From Patescibacteria group bacterium (GTDB taxonomy: Bacteria; Patescibacteriota; Patescibacteriia; 2-02-FULL-49-11), in the NCBI GenBank assembly GCA_041645165.1, contig JBAZQN010000009.1:4674-68673 (forward strand): 64,000 nt of DNA, read 5' to 3'. Positions 29,024-38,540 of this stretch are shown here, one piece after another. The position numbers were made by a program, and so were the translations under genes. Below the pieces are notes generated by a model. That model saw nothing but the letters and a program-made list of their open reading frames with translations, had not been told where the DNA came from and did not search any database. Every line of letters begins with the position of its first letter. The first letter of the stretch is position 1.

Positions 29024-30592
29024 ATGCCTCCTGTTTCAATCGGCGATGATGCAGCGGATATGTCTCCGCAGAAGGAATTCGTGCGCGTGTCTGACACTGT
29101 TTCGCTTATTTTTGACGAGCATCACACTCTTTGGGAGCTCGTGAAAGCGGTAAAAAGGGCGCGTGGAATCCGCATAGAGGTAACCGTGCCCGCTCGCCAT
29201 CCTAGTTTCCAGTCGGCGGTGGCGATGGAATATCTCTCAATAGCATTGTTGCGGATCAAAAAAGAAATATGTTTCATCACGCATGATCCTGAATTACAGG
29301 AGCGACTGGCACTGTACGGTTTGAATGCTATCGCTCCTCGCGCCCCCCAAGAACTGACGGAACCTCCTGCCCGCGATCATCTTATACGTTCATTTTTTAA
29401 ACAGCCTATGCGGCCGTTCCAACGCCAAAAAAAGAAATACTTGCGAGGTTGGTGGTTTATTTTATTTATTGCGTTGGCCGTCATATTATTTTTATTTACT
29501 TCGATCACTCCCCGTGCGCATATTACTCTTATTCCGGATGTGAAAGTCATAGAACGCAAAGCAGGCGTGCTCATTAATGCCGAATGGCCCAATCAGCAGA
29601 GGGACGCCGCCCATCTGCGCGGGAAGGTGCTCAAGGAGGAAGGGACATATGCGACGACCACCCCTATCACCGACTTATCAGAAAGCGGAGAAAAAGCAAA
29701 GGGTGAGGCGCGCATAGAAAATCAGACAGGACAAGAGGTGGCGCTCTCTATTGGCACCGAATTATTAAGCGACGACGGCATGGTGTATGTCAGCGAGAGC
29801 GCACTTACGATCCCTGCCGCGTATGTTGCGGAGGATGCCACCATAAAATTTGGCACGCTTTCCGCAACGCTCACCGCCAAGGAACCTGGAGTTAAAGGAA
29901 ATCGCTCAAGCGGCAGGTTTACGATTCCGTCGCTCCCCTCAAACAAGCAGCAGCGCATCTGGGCGGTCATCACGTCTCCCTTTACCGGAGGGTCGGATCG
30001 CATGGGGAAGGTAGTGCGCCAAGAGCACGTGGCTGCACTTGAACCGCTATTATGGGACAGACTGCAGCAGGATTTATTCCAGACGCTAGAATCGCGATTG
30101 GGCAATGAATGGTTTGTTGCCTTTCCGCTTACTACGGCAACCGTGACGAACCTCACCGTGGACCCACCGTTAGGGGTAGAAGCAGATGCTGTTTCTTTAA
30201 ATATGAAAGGGACCATGCAGGCGCTTGCGTTTTCTTCCGCAGACGTACTCCGCGCGTTTGGCGCTAATGTACAAATATGCGGTTCATTTCAGAATGGAAA
30301 ATCAGAGGTCTGCGCGATACGCGTGGATAAAGTGCGAAAACTTGATATGGAGAAAAGGAAAGGGGACGCAGAGTTTGTATTTTCCAAAGTCCAGACGCCT
30401 CCTTTTGATCCTGTTGCGCTTTCTGAAAAAATTACAGGGAAAAGCGTGCAGCAAGCGCGCCTCACCCTGCTCTCTCTCCCGGGAGTAAAAGATGTAAGGA
30501 TTTCATTGCGTTGGAGTTTGAGAAACTATATACCGCGGGATGCGGACCGTATTACCATTGAAGTTGCGCAACAAGAGTTGACACAACCGTGA
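29024..30592 (+). CDS. Single-TM protein with baseplate-J-like extracellular domain
   Basis: TM at ~aa 143-160; KAKG...N.TG..., A.EPG..GN, FTGG motifs of a type I recall from CPR genomes. Confidence 0.7.
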   Translation: MPPVSIGDDAADMSPQKEFVRVSDTVSLIFDEHHTLWELVKAVKRARGIRIEVTVPARHPSFQSAVAMEYLSIALLRIKKEICFITHDPELQERLALYGLNAIAPRAPQELTEPPARDHLIRSFFKQPMRPFQRQKKKYLRGWWFILFIALAVILFLFTSITPRAHITLIPDVKVIERKAGVLINAEWPNQQRDAAHLRGKVLKEEGTYATTTPITDLSESGEKAKGEARIENQTGQEVALSIGTELLSDDGMVYVSESALTIPAAYVAEDATIKFGTLSATLTAKEPGVKGNRSSGRFTIPSLPSNKQQRIWAVITSPFTGGSDRMGKVVRQEHVAALEPLLWDRLQQDLFQTLESRLGNEWFVAFPLTTATVTNLTVDPPLGVEADAVSLNMKGTMQALAFSSADVLRAFGANVQICGSFQNGKSEVCAIRVDKVRKLDMEKRKGDAEFVFSKVQTPPFDPVALSEKITGKSVQQARLTLLSLPGVKDVRISLRWSLRNYIPRDADRITIEVAQQELTQP

Positions 30593-30711
30593 GAGTATTC
30601 TATGATATTGTCACCGTGTTCTTTGGTGTTATTTTTCAAAATTTTCGAATAATTCACCTATTATAACCCAACCTTCTGGGAAATAAGATAAAGAAGGTTG
30701 AGGTTTAATTT

Positions 30712-31008
30712 ATGCAACAAAACCAAACAGGGAGCAGCGGGGCGGTACCATCTGCCGCACCCATAAGCAATGAGGGGAATTTAGGGATCCAAACGAACCG
30801 GAAAGGTTTTATTGACGCCATTGGCGAAGTCGTTGAATTACTGCCGGCGGCCACCTTTAGAGTGAAATTGGAGAACGGCCATGAAATTTTATGCCATCTC
30901 TCCGGGAAAATGCGTATGAACCGCATTCTTCTTTTGCCGGGTGACAGGATAAAAATAGAAATGAGTCCGTATGATCTGAGTAAAGGAAGAATTACTTACA
31001 GGTTTTGA
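30712..31008 (+). CDS. infA: Translation initiation factor IF-1 (N-terminally extended)
   Basis: [19 protein letters not shown]...[16 protein letters not shown]...[13 protein letters not shown]. Confidence 0.96.
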   Translation: MQQNQTGSSGAVPSAAPISNEGNLGIQTNRKGFIDAIGEVVELLPAATFRVKLENGHEILCHLSGKMRMNRILLLPGDRIKIEMSPYDLSKGRITYRF

Positions 31009-31019
31009 ATCGTTCTGTT

Positions 31020-31133
31020 ATGAAAGTACGTGCATCAGTAAAGCCAATTTGTACGAAATGCAAGATAGTGCGGCGCCATGGCCGTCTTTATGTCACATGT
31101 GCGAATCCGAAACATAAGCAGAGGCAAGGATAA
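31020..31133 (+). CDS. rpmJ: 50S ribosomal protein L36 (not in ORF track)
   Basis: Manual translation [37 protein letters not shown]. Confidence 0.97.
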   Translation: MKVRASVKPICTKCKIVRRHGRLYVTCANPKHKQRQG

Positions 31134-31137
31134 GTCT

Positions 31138-31300
31138 TGAAAATGCAAAACGCAAAATCTCACCGCTTTAGCGGGATCCCGCATACCATTGAGATTAACA
31201 ATAAGGTGCGGGACAAAAGTCAAAATTATGGAGATACGACGTTACGTCGGATCGGAATACCTTCATTTTGATTTTTGAGTTTTGGTTTTTGATTTAATTT
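31138..31300. repeat. Composite repeat between rpmJ and rpsM
   Basis: 7-nt arrays; unit 31160-31213 is close to the reverse complement of 15669-15721; cgacgttacgtcgg hairpin as at 15628. Confidence 0.85.
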
Positions 31301-31305
31301 AAGAT

Positions 31306-31695
31306 ATGGCTCGTATTGCAGGTGTAACGCTTCCTCCACATAAGAGAATAGATATCGGCCTAAGCTATATTTATGGCATAGGGCGTTCATTAAGCGTGCG
31401 CATACTTGCGCAGACGAATGTGAATCCGGCAACGCGCGTAAAAGACCTGAACGATGATGAGGTATCACGTCTGCGCGAATACATCGAGAAGCAATACAAA
31501 GTGGAAGGTGATCTGCGGAGAGAGGTGATGCTCAACATTAAACGTTTGAAAGAAATTGGATCCTACCGCGGCATCCGCCATGCGCGGGGTTTGCCGGTAC
31601 GCGGCCAGAGGACAAAGACCAACTCAAGGACGGTGAGGCACAATGAGCGCCGTACCATGGGATCTGGCCGCAAGCCTGCCGCACAAAAGACTTAA
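31306..31695 (+). CDS. rpsM: 30S ribosomal protein S13
   Basis: [30 protein letters not shown]. Confidence 0.98.
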   Translation: MARIAGVTLPPHKRIDIGLSYIYGIGRSLSVRILAQTNVNPATRVKDLNDDEVSRLREYIEKQYKVEGDLRREVMLNIKRLKEIGSYRGIRHARGLPVRGQRTKTNSRTVRHNERRTMGSGRKPAAQKT

Positions 31696-31703
31696 GATTT
31701 TTT

Positions 31704-32159
31704 ATGGAAGAAAATACTACACCAAATTCTCCATTACCACAAGAATCTCAAAAAATTGAGGTAGCCGCAGCAAAAGCAGCGGCACCCCACCCCCATAAGG
31801 CGAACAAACCGCTGCAAAGCCGTGGGCATGTCCATATTCTTGCTACCTTCAATAATACCTTGGTGACCGTGACAGACCTTGGCGGCAATGTACTCACCTG
31901 GGCTTCTGCGGGAAAATGCGGATTCAAGGGCCCCAAGAAAGCGACACCCTACGCGGCCGGGGTCATCATTCGTGCGGTAGCGGACAAGGCGAAGGAAATG
32001 GGGATCCGTGAAATAGAAGTATTTGTGCGTGGTGTGGGTGCAGGCCGCGAATCGGCAGTGCGCGCACTTGCGGCAAACGGCTTTTTGATTACTGCAATTC
32101 GCGATGTGACCCCTATACCTCATAATGGGGTTCGTGCGCCGAAACCGAGACGAATTTAG
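31704..32159 (+). CDS. rpsK: 30S ribosomal protein S11
   Basis: [30 protein letters not shown]. Confidence 0.98.
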   Translation: MEENTTPNSPLPQESQKIEVAAAKAAAPHPHKANKPLQSRGHVHILATFNNTLVTVTDLGGNVLTWASAGKCGFKGPKKATPYAAGVIIRAVADKAKEMGIREIEVFVRGVGAGRESAVRALAANGFLITAIRDVTPIPHNGVRAPKPRRI

Positions 32160-32190
32160 TTTTATAATCACGAGTTAGGAATTACTTCGT

Positions 32191-32826
32191 ATGGGACGAA
32201 AATTAGGGCCAAAAGGTAAGATTAGCCGCAGAATTGGAGAAAAGCTCCAGCTTAAAGGTGAGCGCGATTTGAGCGCGAAACATGCGTTTACCAGAAGGAA
32301 TTATCCTCCCGGAATTCATGGACCGAAAGGATACGGGCGCCTCACAGAATATGGTATTCAGCTGCGGGAGAAGCAAAAGCTCAAAGCGCTTTTTGGGATG
32401 ATGGAGCGACAGTTTGCGCGCGCCATGGAGAAAGCTTTGACATTTAAAGGGGAGACGGGCTCGAAGCTGCTTGAATTGCTGGAGCGCAGGTTAGACAATG
32501 TGATTTTCCGATTGCATCTTGCGTCATCGCGCGCGCAGGCTCGCCAACTCGTCAGTCACAGATATGTGCTCGTAAATAATAAAAGAGTATCTATCCCTTC
32601 TTATGAGATAAAGGTAGGGGACAGTATAAGTTTTACTCCGCGGTTTTTATCGCTCCAGATTGTGAAAGACCGTCTTGCCGCTCAAAAATCGATGAATTTA
32701 AATGCACCCTCGTGGCTTGAGTTTGATTATGATGCGCTCAAAGGAATGGTGGTCCATATTCCGGAGCTAAAAGAGTGCGAACCTAATATCGATACGCGGC
32801 TCATTGTAGAATTTTATTCACGTTAA
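32191..32826 (+). CDS. rpsD: 30S ribosomal protein S4
   Basis: QLREKQK, LERRLDN, ARQLVSH, IVEFYSR. Confidence 0.98.
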   Translation: MGRKLGPKGKISRRIGEKLQLKGERDLSAKHAFTRRNYPPGIHGPKGYGRLTEYGIQLREKQKLKALFGMMERQFARAMEKALTFKGETGSKLLELLERRLDNVIFRLHLASSRAQARQLVSHRYVLVNNKRVSIPSYEIKVGDSISFTPRFLSLQIVKDRLAAQKSMNLNAPSWLEFDYDALKGMVVHIPELKECEPNIDTRLIVEFYSR

Positions 32827-32863
32827 TTATTATTGACCTCAATTATAATACCACCACTTTCAT

Positions 32864-33715
32864 ATGGTAGAACCTCTTATTCATCCAAGACACATTACTC
32901 TCGTTGAAGAAACTGATAATCGTACACAGTTTACGATCGAACCTCTCTATCCGGGATATGGGACGACGCTCGGGAATTCCTTAAGGCGCATACTTCTCTC
33001 TTCACTGCCAGGGTGCGCGATCAGCGCGATGGCGATCCCCGGGGTCCACCATGAATTTTCCACTTTAAAGGATATCAAAGAGGATGTGGTAGATATTCTA
33101 TTGAATTTAAAACAAGTGCGGTTCCGCATGGAGGGCGAACATGAGGAACCGGTTCCCATAACGCTGGAATTTAATGGGAGCGGTGAGATTTTGGCAAAGG
33201 AATTCAAAACATTCGCAGGGATAGAGGTTGTAACACCGCTGGTGCATATCGCCACCGCGACCAGCCCCGATACAGAATTTAACCTCGTCGTATATCTTAC
33301 GCGTGGGAGAGGATTTTTGCCTGTGGAGTCCCGAGAAAAAGAGAAGCTTGATATTGGCACTATTGCCATAGATGCGATTTATTCGCCTGTGCGGCACGTA
33401 GCGCTCAATTTAGAGCATGTGCGGGTGGGCCAGATGACAAATTTCGATAAGATAGTGCTTACCGTAGAAACTGACGGAAGCATATCCCCGAAAGACGCTC
33501 TTATTCAGTCACTTGATATATTCCGCGATCAAATATCATCACTCGTGTTTGAGGATGCGCAGGAACACATGAAATCGTCTGTGGAGGAACCAACGCATGA
33601 GTCCGGAGAATCGCAGCCTCAAGAAAAATCAGACGGGGGAAATAATGTACAAGAAGAAGCAGCGTTAGATGCGCCTAAGAAAAAGACAAAGCGAAGCAAG
33701 AAGAACGCGGCATAA
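32864..33715 (+). CDS. rpoA: RNA polymerase alpha subunit (NTD plus low-complexity tail)
   Basis: IEPL.PGYGTTLGNSLRRILLSSLPG, HEFST, IDAIYSPV; no alpha-CTD motif seen. Confidence 0.96.
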   Translation: MVEPLIHPRHITLVEETDNRTQFTIEPLYPGYGTTLGNSLRRILLSSLPGCAISAMAIPGVHHEFSTLKDIKEDVVDILLNLKQVRFRMEGEHEEPVPITLEFNGSGEILAKEFKTFAGIEVVTPLVHIATATSPDTEFNLVVYLTRGRGFLPVESREKEKLDIGTIAIDAIYSPVRHVALNLEHVRVGQMTNFDKIVLTVETDGSISPKDALIQSLDIFRDQISSLVFEDAQEHMKSSVEEPTHESGESQPQEKSDGGNNVQEEAALDAPKKKTKRSKKNAA

Positions 33716-33760
33716 TGCCTGACGGGTCAGAATTGCTAATCGTATAAATACCTGACTTGT

Positions 33761-34111
33761 ATGAGACACCGAAAAAACAAAATTACCCTGGATCGAGGTT
33801 CCGCCCATCGGAATGCCTTACTTCGTAATATGGCAACGAGTCTGGTATTGTATGATCAAATCCAGACGACAGAGGCAAAGGCGAAGGCGCTCCGCCCCTT
33901 CGTGGAACGGCTCATTACCCTCTCGAAAAATCCCACATTGGCAAACCGAAGGATGCTCATCAAAGTGTTCTACACGAAAGGCGCGGTGCGCAAGGCATGT
34001 GACGTATTAGGGCCTCGATATAAGGATCGCAAAGGAGGATTTTTACGGATTACCCATCTCGGGACACGCCGTGGCGATGCGGCGCGTTTGGCGCATATCA
34101 CATTTGTATGA
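33761..34111 (+). CDS. rplQ: 50S ribosomal protein L17
   Basis: MRHR, TTEAKAK, R.GG..RI, RRGDAA. Confidence 0.97.
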   Translation: MRHRKNKITLDRGSAHRNALLRNMATSLVLYDQIQTTEAKAKALRPFVERLITLSKNPTLANRRMLIKVFYTKGAVRKACDVLGPRYKDRKGGFLRITHLGTRRGDAARLAHITFV

Positions 34112-34467
34112 ACGCAGTATCCAAACCCGCAGCCATCACACTCGATGCGTCAGGGGAGAGTTTAGGTAGGCTCGCGTCTCTCGCTGCCCAGTATCTTCAA
34201 GGCAAGCATCTCGTGTCATATAGTCCCAATAAAGACGAGGGTGTGTCAGTCACAGTTAAGAATCTCTCGTCAGTGCATATGGCAGTGCCAAAACTTACGG
34301 GTAAGCGTTATTATACCCACACCAATTATCCCGGCAATATGCGTATTGCCACCTTGAAGGAGAAATGGACAAAGAACCCGCAAAAATTATTCGTGAAGAT
34401 GGTAGGAGGCATGTTGCCTAAAAATAAATTAAGAAAAGAAAGGCTCAAGAGGCTCTTGTTCGCATAA
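34108..34467 (+). CDS. rplM: 50S ribosomal protein L13 (short form)
   Basis: DA.G..LGRLAS, L.GKH, Y.HT.YPG, GMLPKNKL. Confidence 0.93.
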   Translation: MNAVSKPAAITLDASGESLGRLASLAAQYLQGKHLVSYSPNKDEGVSVTVKNLSSVHMAVPKLTGKRYYTHTNYPGNMRIATLKEKWTKNPQKLFVKMVGGMLPKNKLRKERLKRLLFA

Positions 34468-34491
34468 TTTATTATTTCGACATTTTACACT

Positions 34492-34585
34492 TTCCGCGTA
34501 GTTCCGCGTAACGTCGGCGTAAGTCCGCGTTAAAAACCTTATTATCGCAGACATACGCGGACTCCACGCAGACTGACGCAGACGA
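34492..34585. repeat. Inverted ~10-nt tandem arrays (tccgcgta / acgcagac)
   Basis: Four ttccgcgta-like units face four acgc(a/g)gac-like units; related arrays at 35181-35221, 52892-52912 and 58829. Confidence 0.8.
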
Positions 34586-34611
34586 TATGAACTGTAGGTT
34601 AATTTAATTTT

Positions 34612-35175
34612 ATGTCTTCCAGCAGCGCATCAACACCCAAAAAAATAGCACGCAAGCCCGCTACAAGACGCACCCCCGCGCCAAAGTATACGCGAACGGA
34701 AAAAGCTATACCTGTCGTAAGGCACGTCACCCCCAAAGCGCATCATGAATTGAAAAGCGCAACGCCAAAGGCAGAGCAGAGCGAGAAGCGTTTTTTCTAT
34801 GCGGTCGGGCGGAGGAAAGAATCTATCGTGGGGGTGAGGCTCTATTTCACGCAACCTGCAGCATTTAAAGTCAATGGGAAGGATCTTGAAAAGTATTTTT
34901 CCTATCCTTTATATGAAGCACTCGGTCACGCACCTTTGGGTGCCGTGGGTTTAGAGGGCAAGGTATCAGTGATTGCACGCGCGCAAGGGGGAGGGAAACA
35001 CGGTCAGGCGGTAGCGCTGCGTATGGCGGTAAGCCGGGCGCTTGTGGTATATGATGAGCAATTGCGCCCCACCTTGCGTGCGCACGGGTATCTGACGCGC
35101 GATCCAAGAGCAAAAGAAAGGAAGAAATACGGCTTAAAACGCGCCAGGCGCGCGCCGCAATGGCAGAAACGCTAA
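34612..35175 (+). CDS. rpsI: 30S ribosomal protein S9 with basic N-terminal extension
   Basis: GRRKES, GGG..GQA, LTRDPR.KERKKYGL..ARRAPQWQKR. Confidence 0.97.
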   Translation: MSSSSASTPKKIARKPATRRTPAPKYTRTEKAIPVVRHVTPKAHHELKSATPKAEQSEKRFFYAVGRRKESIVGVRLYFTQPAAFKVNGKDLEKYFSYPLYEALGHAPLGAVGLEGKVSVIARAQGGGKHGQAVALRMAVSRALVVYDEQLRPTLRAHGYLTRDPRAKERKKYGLKRARRAPQWQKR

Positions 35176-35236
35176 CCCTAGACGCAGATATACGCAGATC
35201 AAAACGCAGATTAACGCAGATAGTGTAGAGTTATTT

Positions 35237-35262
35237 AATCCTGCCTTTCTAGGCGGGATTTT
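35237..35262 (+). terminator. Intrinsic terminator of the ribosomal cluster
   Basis: aatcctgcct-ttct-aggcgggatt followed by ttcatttt. Confidence 0.7.
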
Positions 35263-35294
35263 CATTTTGATAGTTTAGCGATACACTATAGGTG

Positions 35295-36386
35295 ATGTCG
35301 GTACCGCAATTACCCAAAGGGAAAATATTATTGGTAACTACTGATTACCCGCCTGCGACAGGAGGGGTAGCGTGGTATTATGAAAATTTAGTGCGCAGAT
35401 TGAACGCTGCGGAGACCCCCTCCGTCTCCCCCATGGCAAGGGAGAGATTCAGAGGAGGTGATGCGAGAGTTGTAGTATTATTGTTGGGTCGATGGACGCT
35501 CACGCCATGGTGGCCGTTATTGATATTTCCCTTATTACTTAAAACTATTAAACTTAAAACTGATGTCTGGTGGGTGGGGCAGGTGCTGCCAGTGGGTACG
35601 GTGGTATGGCTGTTATCACATCTTTGGCCTAAATATTATATTGTTTCAACACATGGCATGGACGTGCTTTTGCCTTTGTATTCCCCAAGGAAGCGATGGC
35701 TCATGAAGCGTATATTAAACCGCGCCACATTGATTACTACAAACAGCGAATGGACGAAGCAAAAAATTATTGAAAATTATTTTTCAAGGAACAAGGAACA
35801 AGGAACAAGAAACAAAATTGAGGTAATATATCCTGAACCGAAACCGAAACGAAAGGCGGCGCGTGAAGAGATTTTAGCGTTGCGGACAAGGCTGGGAATC
35901 CCTCATGATGCGAAAGTCTTACTGACGGTGAGCAGGCTTGTGGCGCGAAAAGGAATTGATTGCGTATTGCGCGCATTGCCGGAGGTATGGCGCCGTTCGC
36001 CCCATCTTCATTATGTGATTGTGGGAGAAGGCGACCAGTTGCCAGTTTATCAGTCCATAGTTTATCAGTTGGCGCCATCCGTAGGGGTGAATGGCCATTT
36101 ATCCATACACTTTGTCGGGAAGGCGAGCGACGAGGAGTTGGCGGTTTATTATTCTTTGGCGGATGAATTTATTTTATTACCGCGAGAATCTCACGGCGAT
36201 GTGGAAGGATTCGGCATTGTATTTTTAGAAGCGGATCAGTACCATGTACCAATTATTGCAACACTTTCTGGAGGCACGGGAGAGGCATTGCAAAAATGCA
36301 AGCAGGTGACTGTTGTTCATGATCCTTTCAATATTCACGAGGTAGCAAATGCAATTATATCAAATCTTAAACCTATTGATGGTTAA
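35295..36386 (+). CDS. GT4 glycosyltransferase (PimB-like)
   Basis: DYPP..GGV, THG.D, SRLVARKG, EGFGIVFLEA; carries repeat-derived inserts. Confidence 0.92.
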   Translation: MSVPQLPKGKILLVTTDYPPATGGVAWYYENLVRRLNAAETPSVSPMARERFRGGDARVVVLLLGRWTLTPWWPLLIFPLLLKTIKLKTDVWWVGQVLPVGTVVWLLSHLWPKYYIVSTHGMDVLLPLYSPRKRWLMKRILNRATLITTNSEWTKQKIIENYFSRNKEQGTRNKIEVIYPEPKPKRKAAREEILALRTRLGIPHDAKVLLTVSRLVARKGIDCVLRALPEVWRRSPHLHYVIVGEGDQLPVYQSIVYQLAPSVGVNGHLSIHFVGKASDEELAVYYSLADEFILLPRESHGDVEGFGIVFLEADQYHVPIIATLSGGTGEALQKCKQVTVVHDPFNIHEVANAIISNLKPIDG

Positions 36387-36392
36387 TGTGCT

Positions 36393-37163
36393 ATGGATAC
36401 AATTTCAATAATAATCCCCGCCTTTAACATGCAGCGTGCGCTTGCGCGCTGTAGTGTGCATGTTGCGGAACAAACTCTAAAACCCTCGGAGGTTATTATT
36501 GTTGACGACGGTTCAATCGATGGAACTGCCATATGGGCAGAAGAAGCAAGGCGTACATTACCCTTTGAGGTCAGCGTACTGACACAAGACCATCGGGGGG
36601 CATCAGCAGCCCGTAATTGTGGATTTAAACAATCTCACGGCACACTGGTCGTATTTCTTGATGCGGATGTGATATTGAAAAAACACGCGTTGGAAAGGTT
36701 GTATATATCGTTAAATCAAAAATCAAAAATCTCCGCCCAAGGCGGATCCGCCTCAGGCGGAAAAAATCAAAATTTAGGAGTAGGTTATGCCTACAGTTCA
36801 TTTAGATGGGGGCGGAAGAAGTTCCCTTCCTACCCTTTTGATGCAGCTCGCTTGCGCCAGATGCCCTATATCCATACTACCTCCCTGATAAAACGCGAAA
36901 CGCTCCCGGAGAATCCATTTGATGAACAATTAAAACGGCTGCAGGATTGGGATCTTTACCTCACGCTTCTTGAACGGGGTACCATAGGTGCCTATGTGCC
37001 GGAAATTCTATTTACCGTGGAAACAAAAGGCACCATGAGCCGTTGGTTGCCGTCCATCATGTACCAGATACCTTTTACCAAGTTTGGCATGAATATTTCG
37101 AGACTTAATAAGTACCGCGAAGCAGAACAAATTATTAAAACGAAACACAAGCTTAATAATTGA
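36393..37163 (+). CDS. GT2 glycosyltransferase with in-frame SAQGGSASGG repeat insert
   Basis: ISIIIP, VDDGS, FLDAD, QDWDL; 30-nt double hairpin at 36732-36761. Confidence 0.92.
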   Translation: MDTISIIIPAFNMQRALARCSVHVAEQTLKPSEVIIVDDGSIDGTAIWAEEARRTLPFEVSVLTQDHRGASAARNCGFKQSHGTLVVFLDADVILKKHALERLYISLNQKSKISAQGGSASGGKNQNLGVGYAYSSFRWGRKKFPSYPFDAARLRQMPYIHTTSLIKRETLPENPFDEQLKRLQDWDLYLTLLERGTIGAYVPEILFTVETKGTMSRWLPSIMYQIPFTKFGMNISRLNKYREAEQIIKTKHKLNN

Positions 37164-37211
37164 GCACGTGGCGAGATGCTGAATGTTAATACTTGATGAA
37201 ATTGTGTAATA

Positions 37212-38222
37212 ATGTATTCTATAGGTATGGGTAATCTAAAAAAGATGAAAAGAATTGCACACAGAACCGAGAAGGTTCTGTTATTCGTTCGTGAATTGTC
37301 TAGTATTTCAAAAAAGGATATTGCTCTTGCAGGTGGGAAGGGGGCAAGTTTGGGTGATTTGATGCGGGCGGGGCTGCCGGTACCCGCTGGATTCGTAGTG
37401 ACAGCAGCGGCATTTGATCGGTTTCTGGAAGAAAATGAATTGCTTGAAGATATCGATGCGCAATTAAGCAGAGTGAATTATAAAGATACGAATTCAATTG
37501 ATCGTGCATCAAATGTGATTCGTGCGCTTATCCTTGAGGCTCCGTTTCCTAAAGACCTGCGGCAGGAAGTTATAAAATTTTTTGGCACACTTAATACTTC
37601 CTTCGTGGCAGTGCGCAGCAGCGCGACTGCGGAGGATTCAAAGACGGCAAGCTGGGCAGGGGAGTTGGAGACTTATTTAAATACTATTGCAAAGACATTA
37701 TTTGCGAATATCCAAAAATGCTGGGCGTCGCTTTTTAGCCCACGAGCGATTTTTTACCGTCATGAGAAGCGATTGCACCGCGTGAAAGTGTCAGTTGCGG
37801 TTGTCGTGCAGGCGATGGTCGAGTCAGAGGTTGCCGGAATCGCATTTACGGTGCATCCGGTGACGAAAGACAAAAATCAAATGATTATAGAAGCAGGGTG
37901 GGGATTGGGGGAAGCGGTGGTGTCCGGCCAGATTACCCCTGATTCGTATGTGCTGCATAAAAAAGATTATTCAGTAATAGATCTCCATACTGCCAGACAA
38001 GAAAAAAAACTTGTACGCAATCAAAAAGGAAATGGCGACTGTTGGGTTTCTGTACCTAAAAAACTACGGACAAAGCAAAAGCTTACGACTGCACAAATAA
38101 AAACATTAGCGGAGCTCTGTATGCGCGTCGAGCGCCATGAGCGATTTCCTTGCGACATTGAGTGGGCATTAGTCCGTGGCAAGTTTTACCTGCTCCAGAG
38201 CAGACCTATCACAACCTTATGA
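37212..38222 (+). CDS. Stand-alone PEP synthase / PPDK N-terminal nucleotide-binding domain
   Basis: GGKGASLG, AVRSSATAED...SWAG, GLGEAVVSG, DIEWA, QSRPITTL then stop; start uncertain (37212/37227). Confidence 0.9.
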   Translation: MYSIGMGNLKKMKRIAHRTEKVLLFVRELSSISKKDIALAGGKGASLGDLMRAGLPVPAGFVVTAAAFDRFLEENELLEDIDAQLSRVNYKDTNSIDRASNVIRALILEAPFPKDLRQEVIKFFGTLNTSFVAVRSSATAEDSKTASWAGELETYLNTIAKTLFANIQKCWASLFSPRAIFYRHEKRLHRVKVSVAVVVQAMVESEVAGIAFTVHPVTKDKNQMIIEAGWGLGEAVVSGQITPDSYVLHKKDYSVIDLHTARQEKKLVRNQKGNGDCWVSVPKKLRTKQKLTTAQIKTLAELCMRVERHERFPCDIEWALVRGKFYLLQSRPITTL

Positions 38223-38248
38223 CTATGCCCAGTTATACAACTTCCCAT

Positions 38249-38530
38249 ATGTTCTTTTATGTCTATGTACTACAAAGTATAAAGGATAATAATAAATACA
38301 TAGGGTATACGAATAACCTGAAAAGGAGACTGGAAGAACATAGGAAAGGCTTAAATTTTGCAACAAAGTTTAGACTACCATTTAAACTCATTTACTTCGA
38401 AGGATGTCTTAATATAAACGACGCCAAACGCCGTGAACATTATCTGAAAGGAACTCAAGGCCGGAGATTCCTAGGTCTGCGACTACAGGAATACACTCGC
38501 AGTAAACCAGCGTTTGGCGTGGGAAGTTGA
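38249..38530 (+). CDS. GIY-YIG nuclease family protein (small stand-alone)
   Basis: YVYVL.S.....YIGYTNNLKRRL.EH..G, A.RRE.YLK. Confidence 0.92.
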   Translation: MFFYVYVLQSIKDNNKYIGYTNNLKRRLEEHRKGLNFATKFRLPFKLIYFEGCLNINDAKRREHYLKGTQGRRFLGLRLQEYTRSKPAFGVGS

Positions 38531-38540
38531 TATACTGGGT

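Noticed and set aside
29024-30592. Prophage or contractile injection system (baseplate-J-like gene)
   Set aside because: Single TM-anchored gene among housekeeping genes; no other phage structural genes
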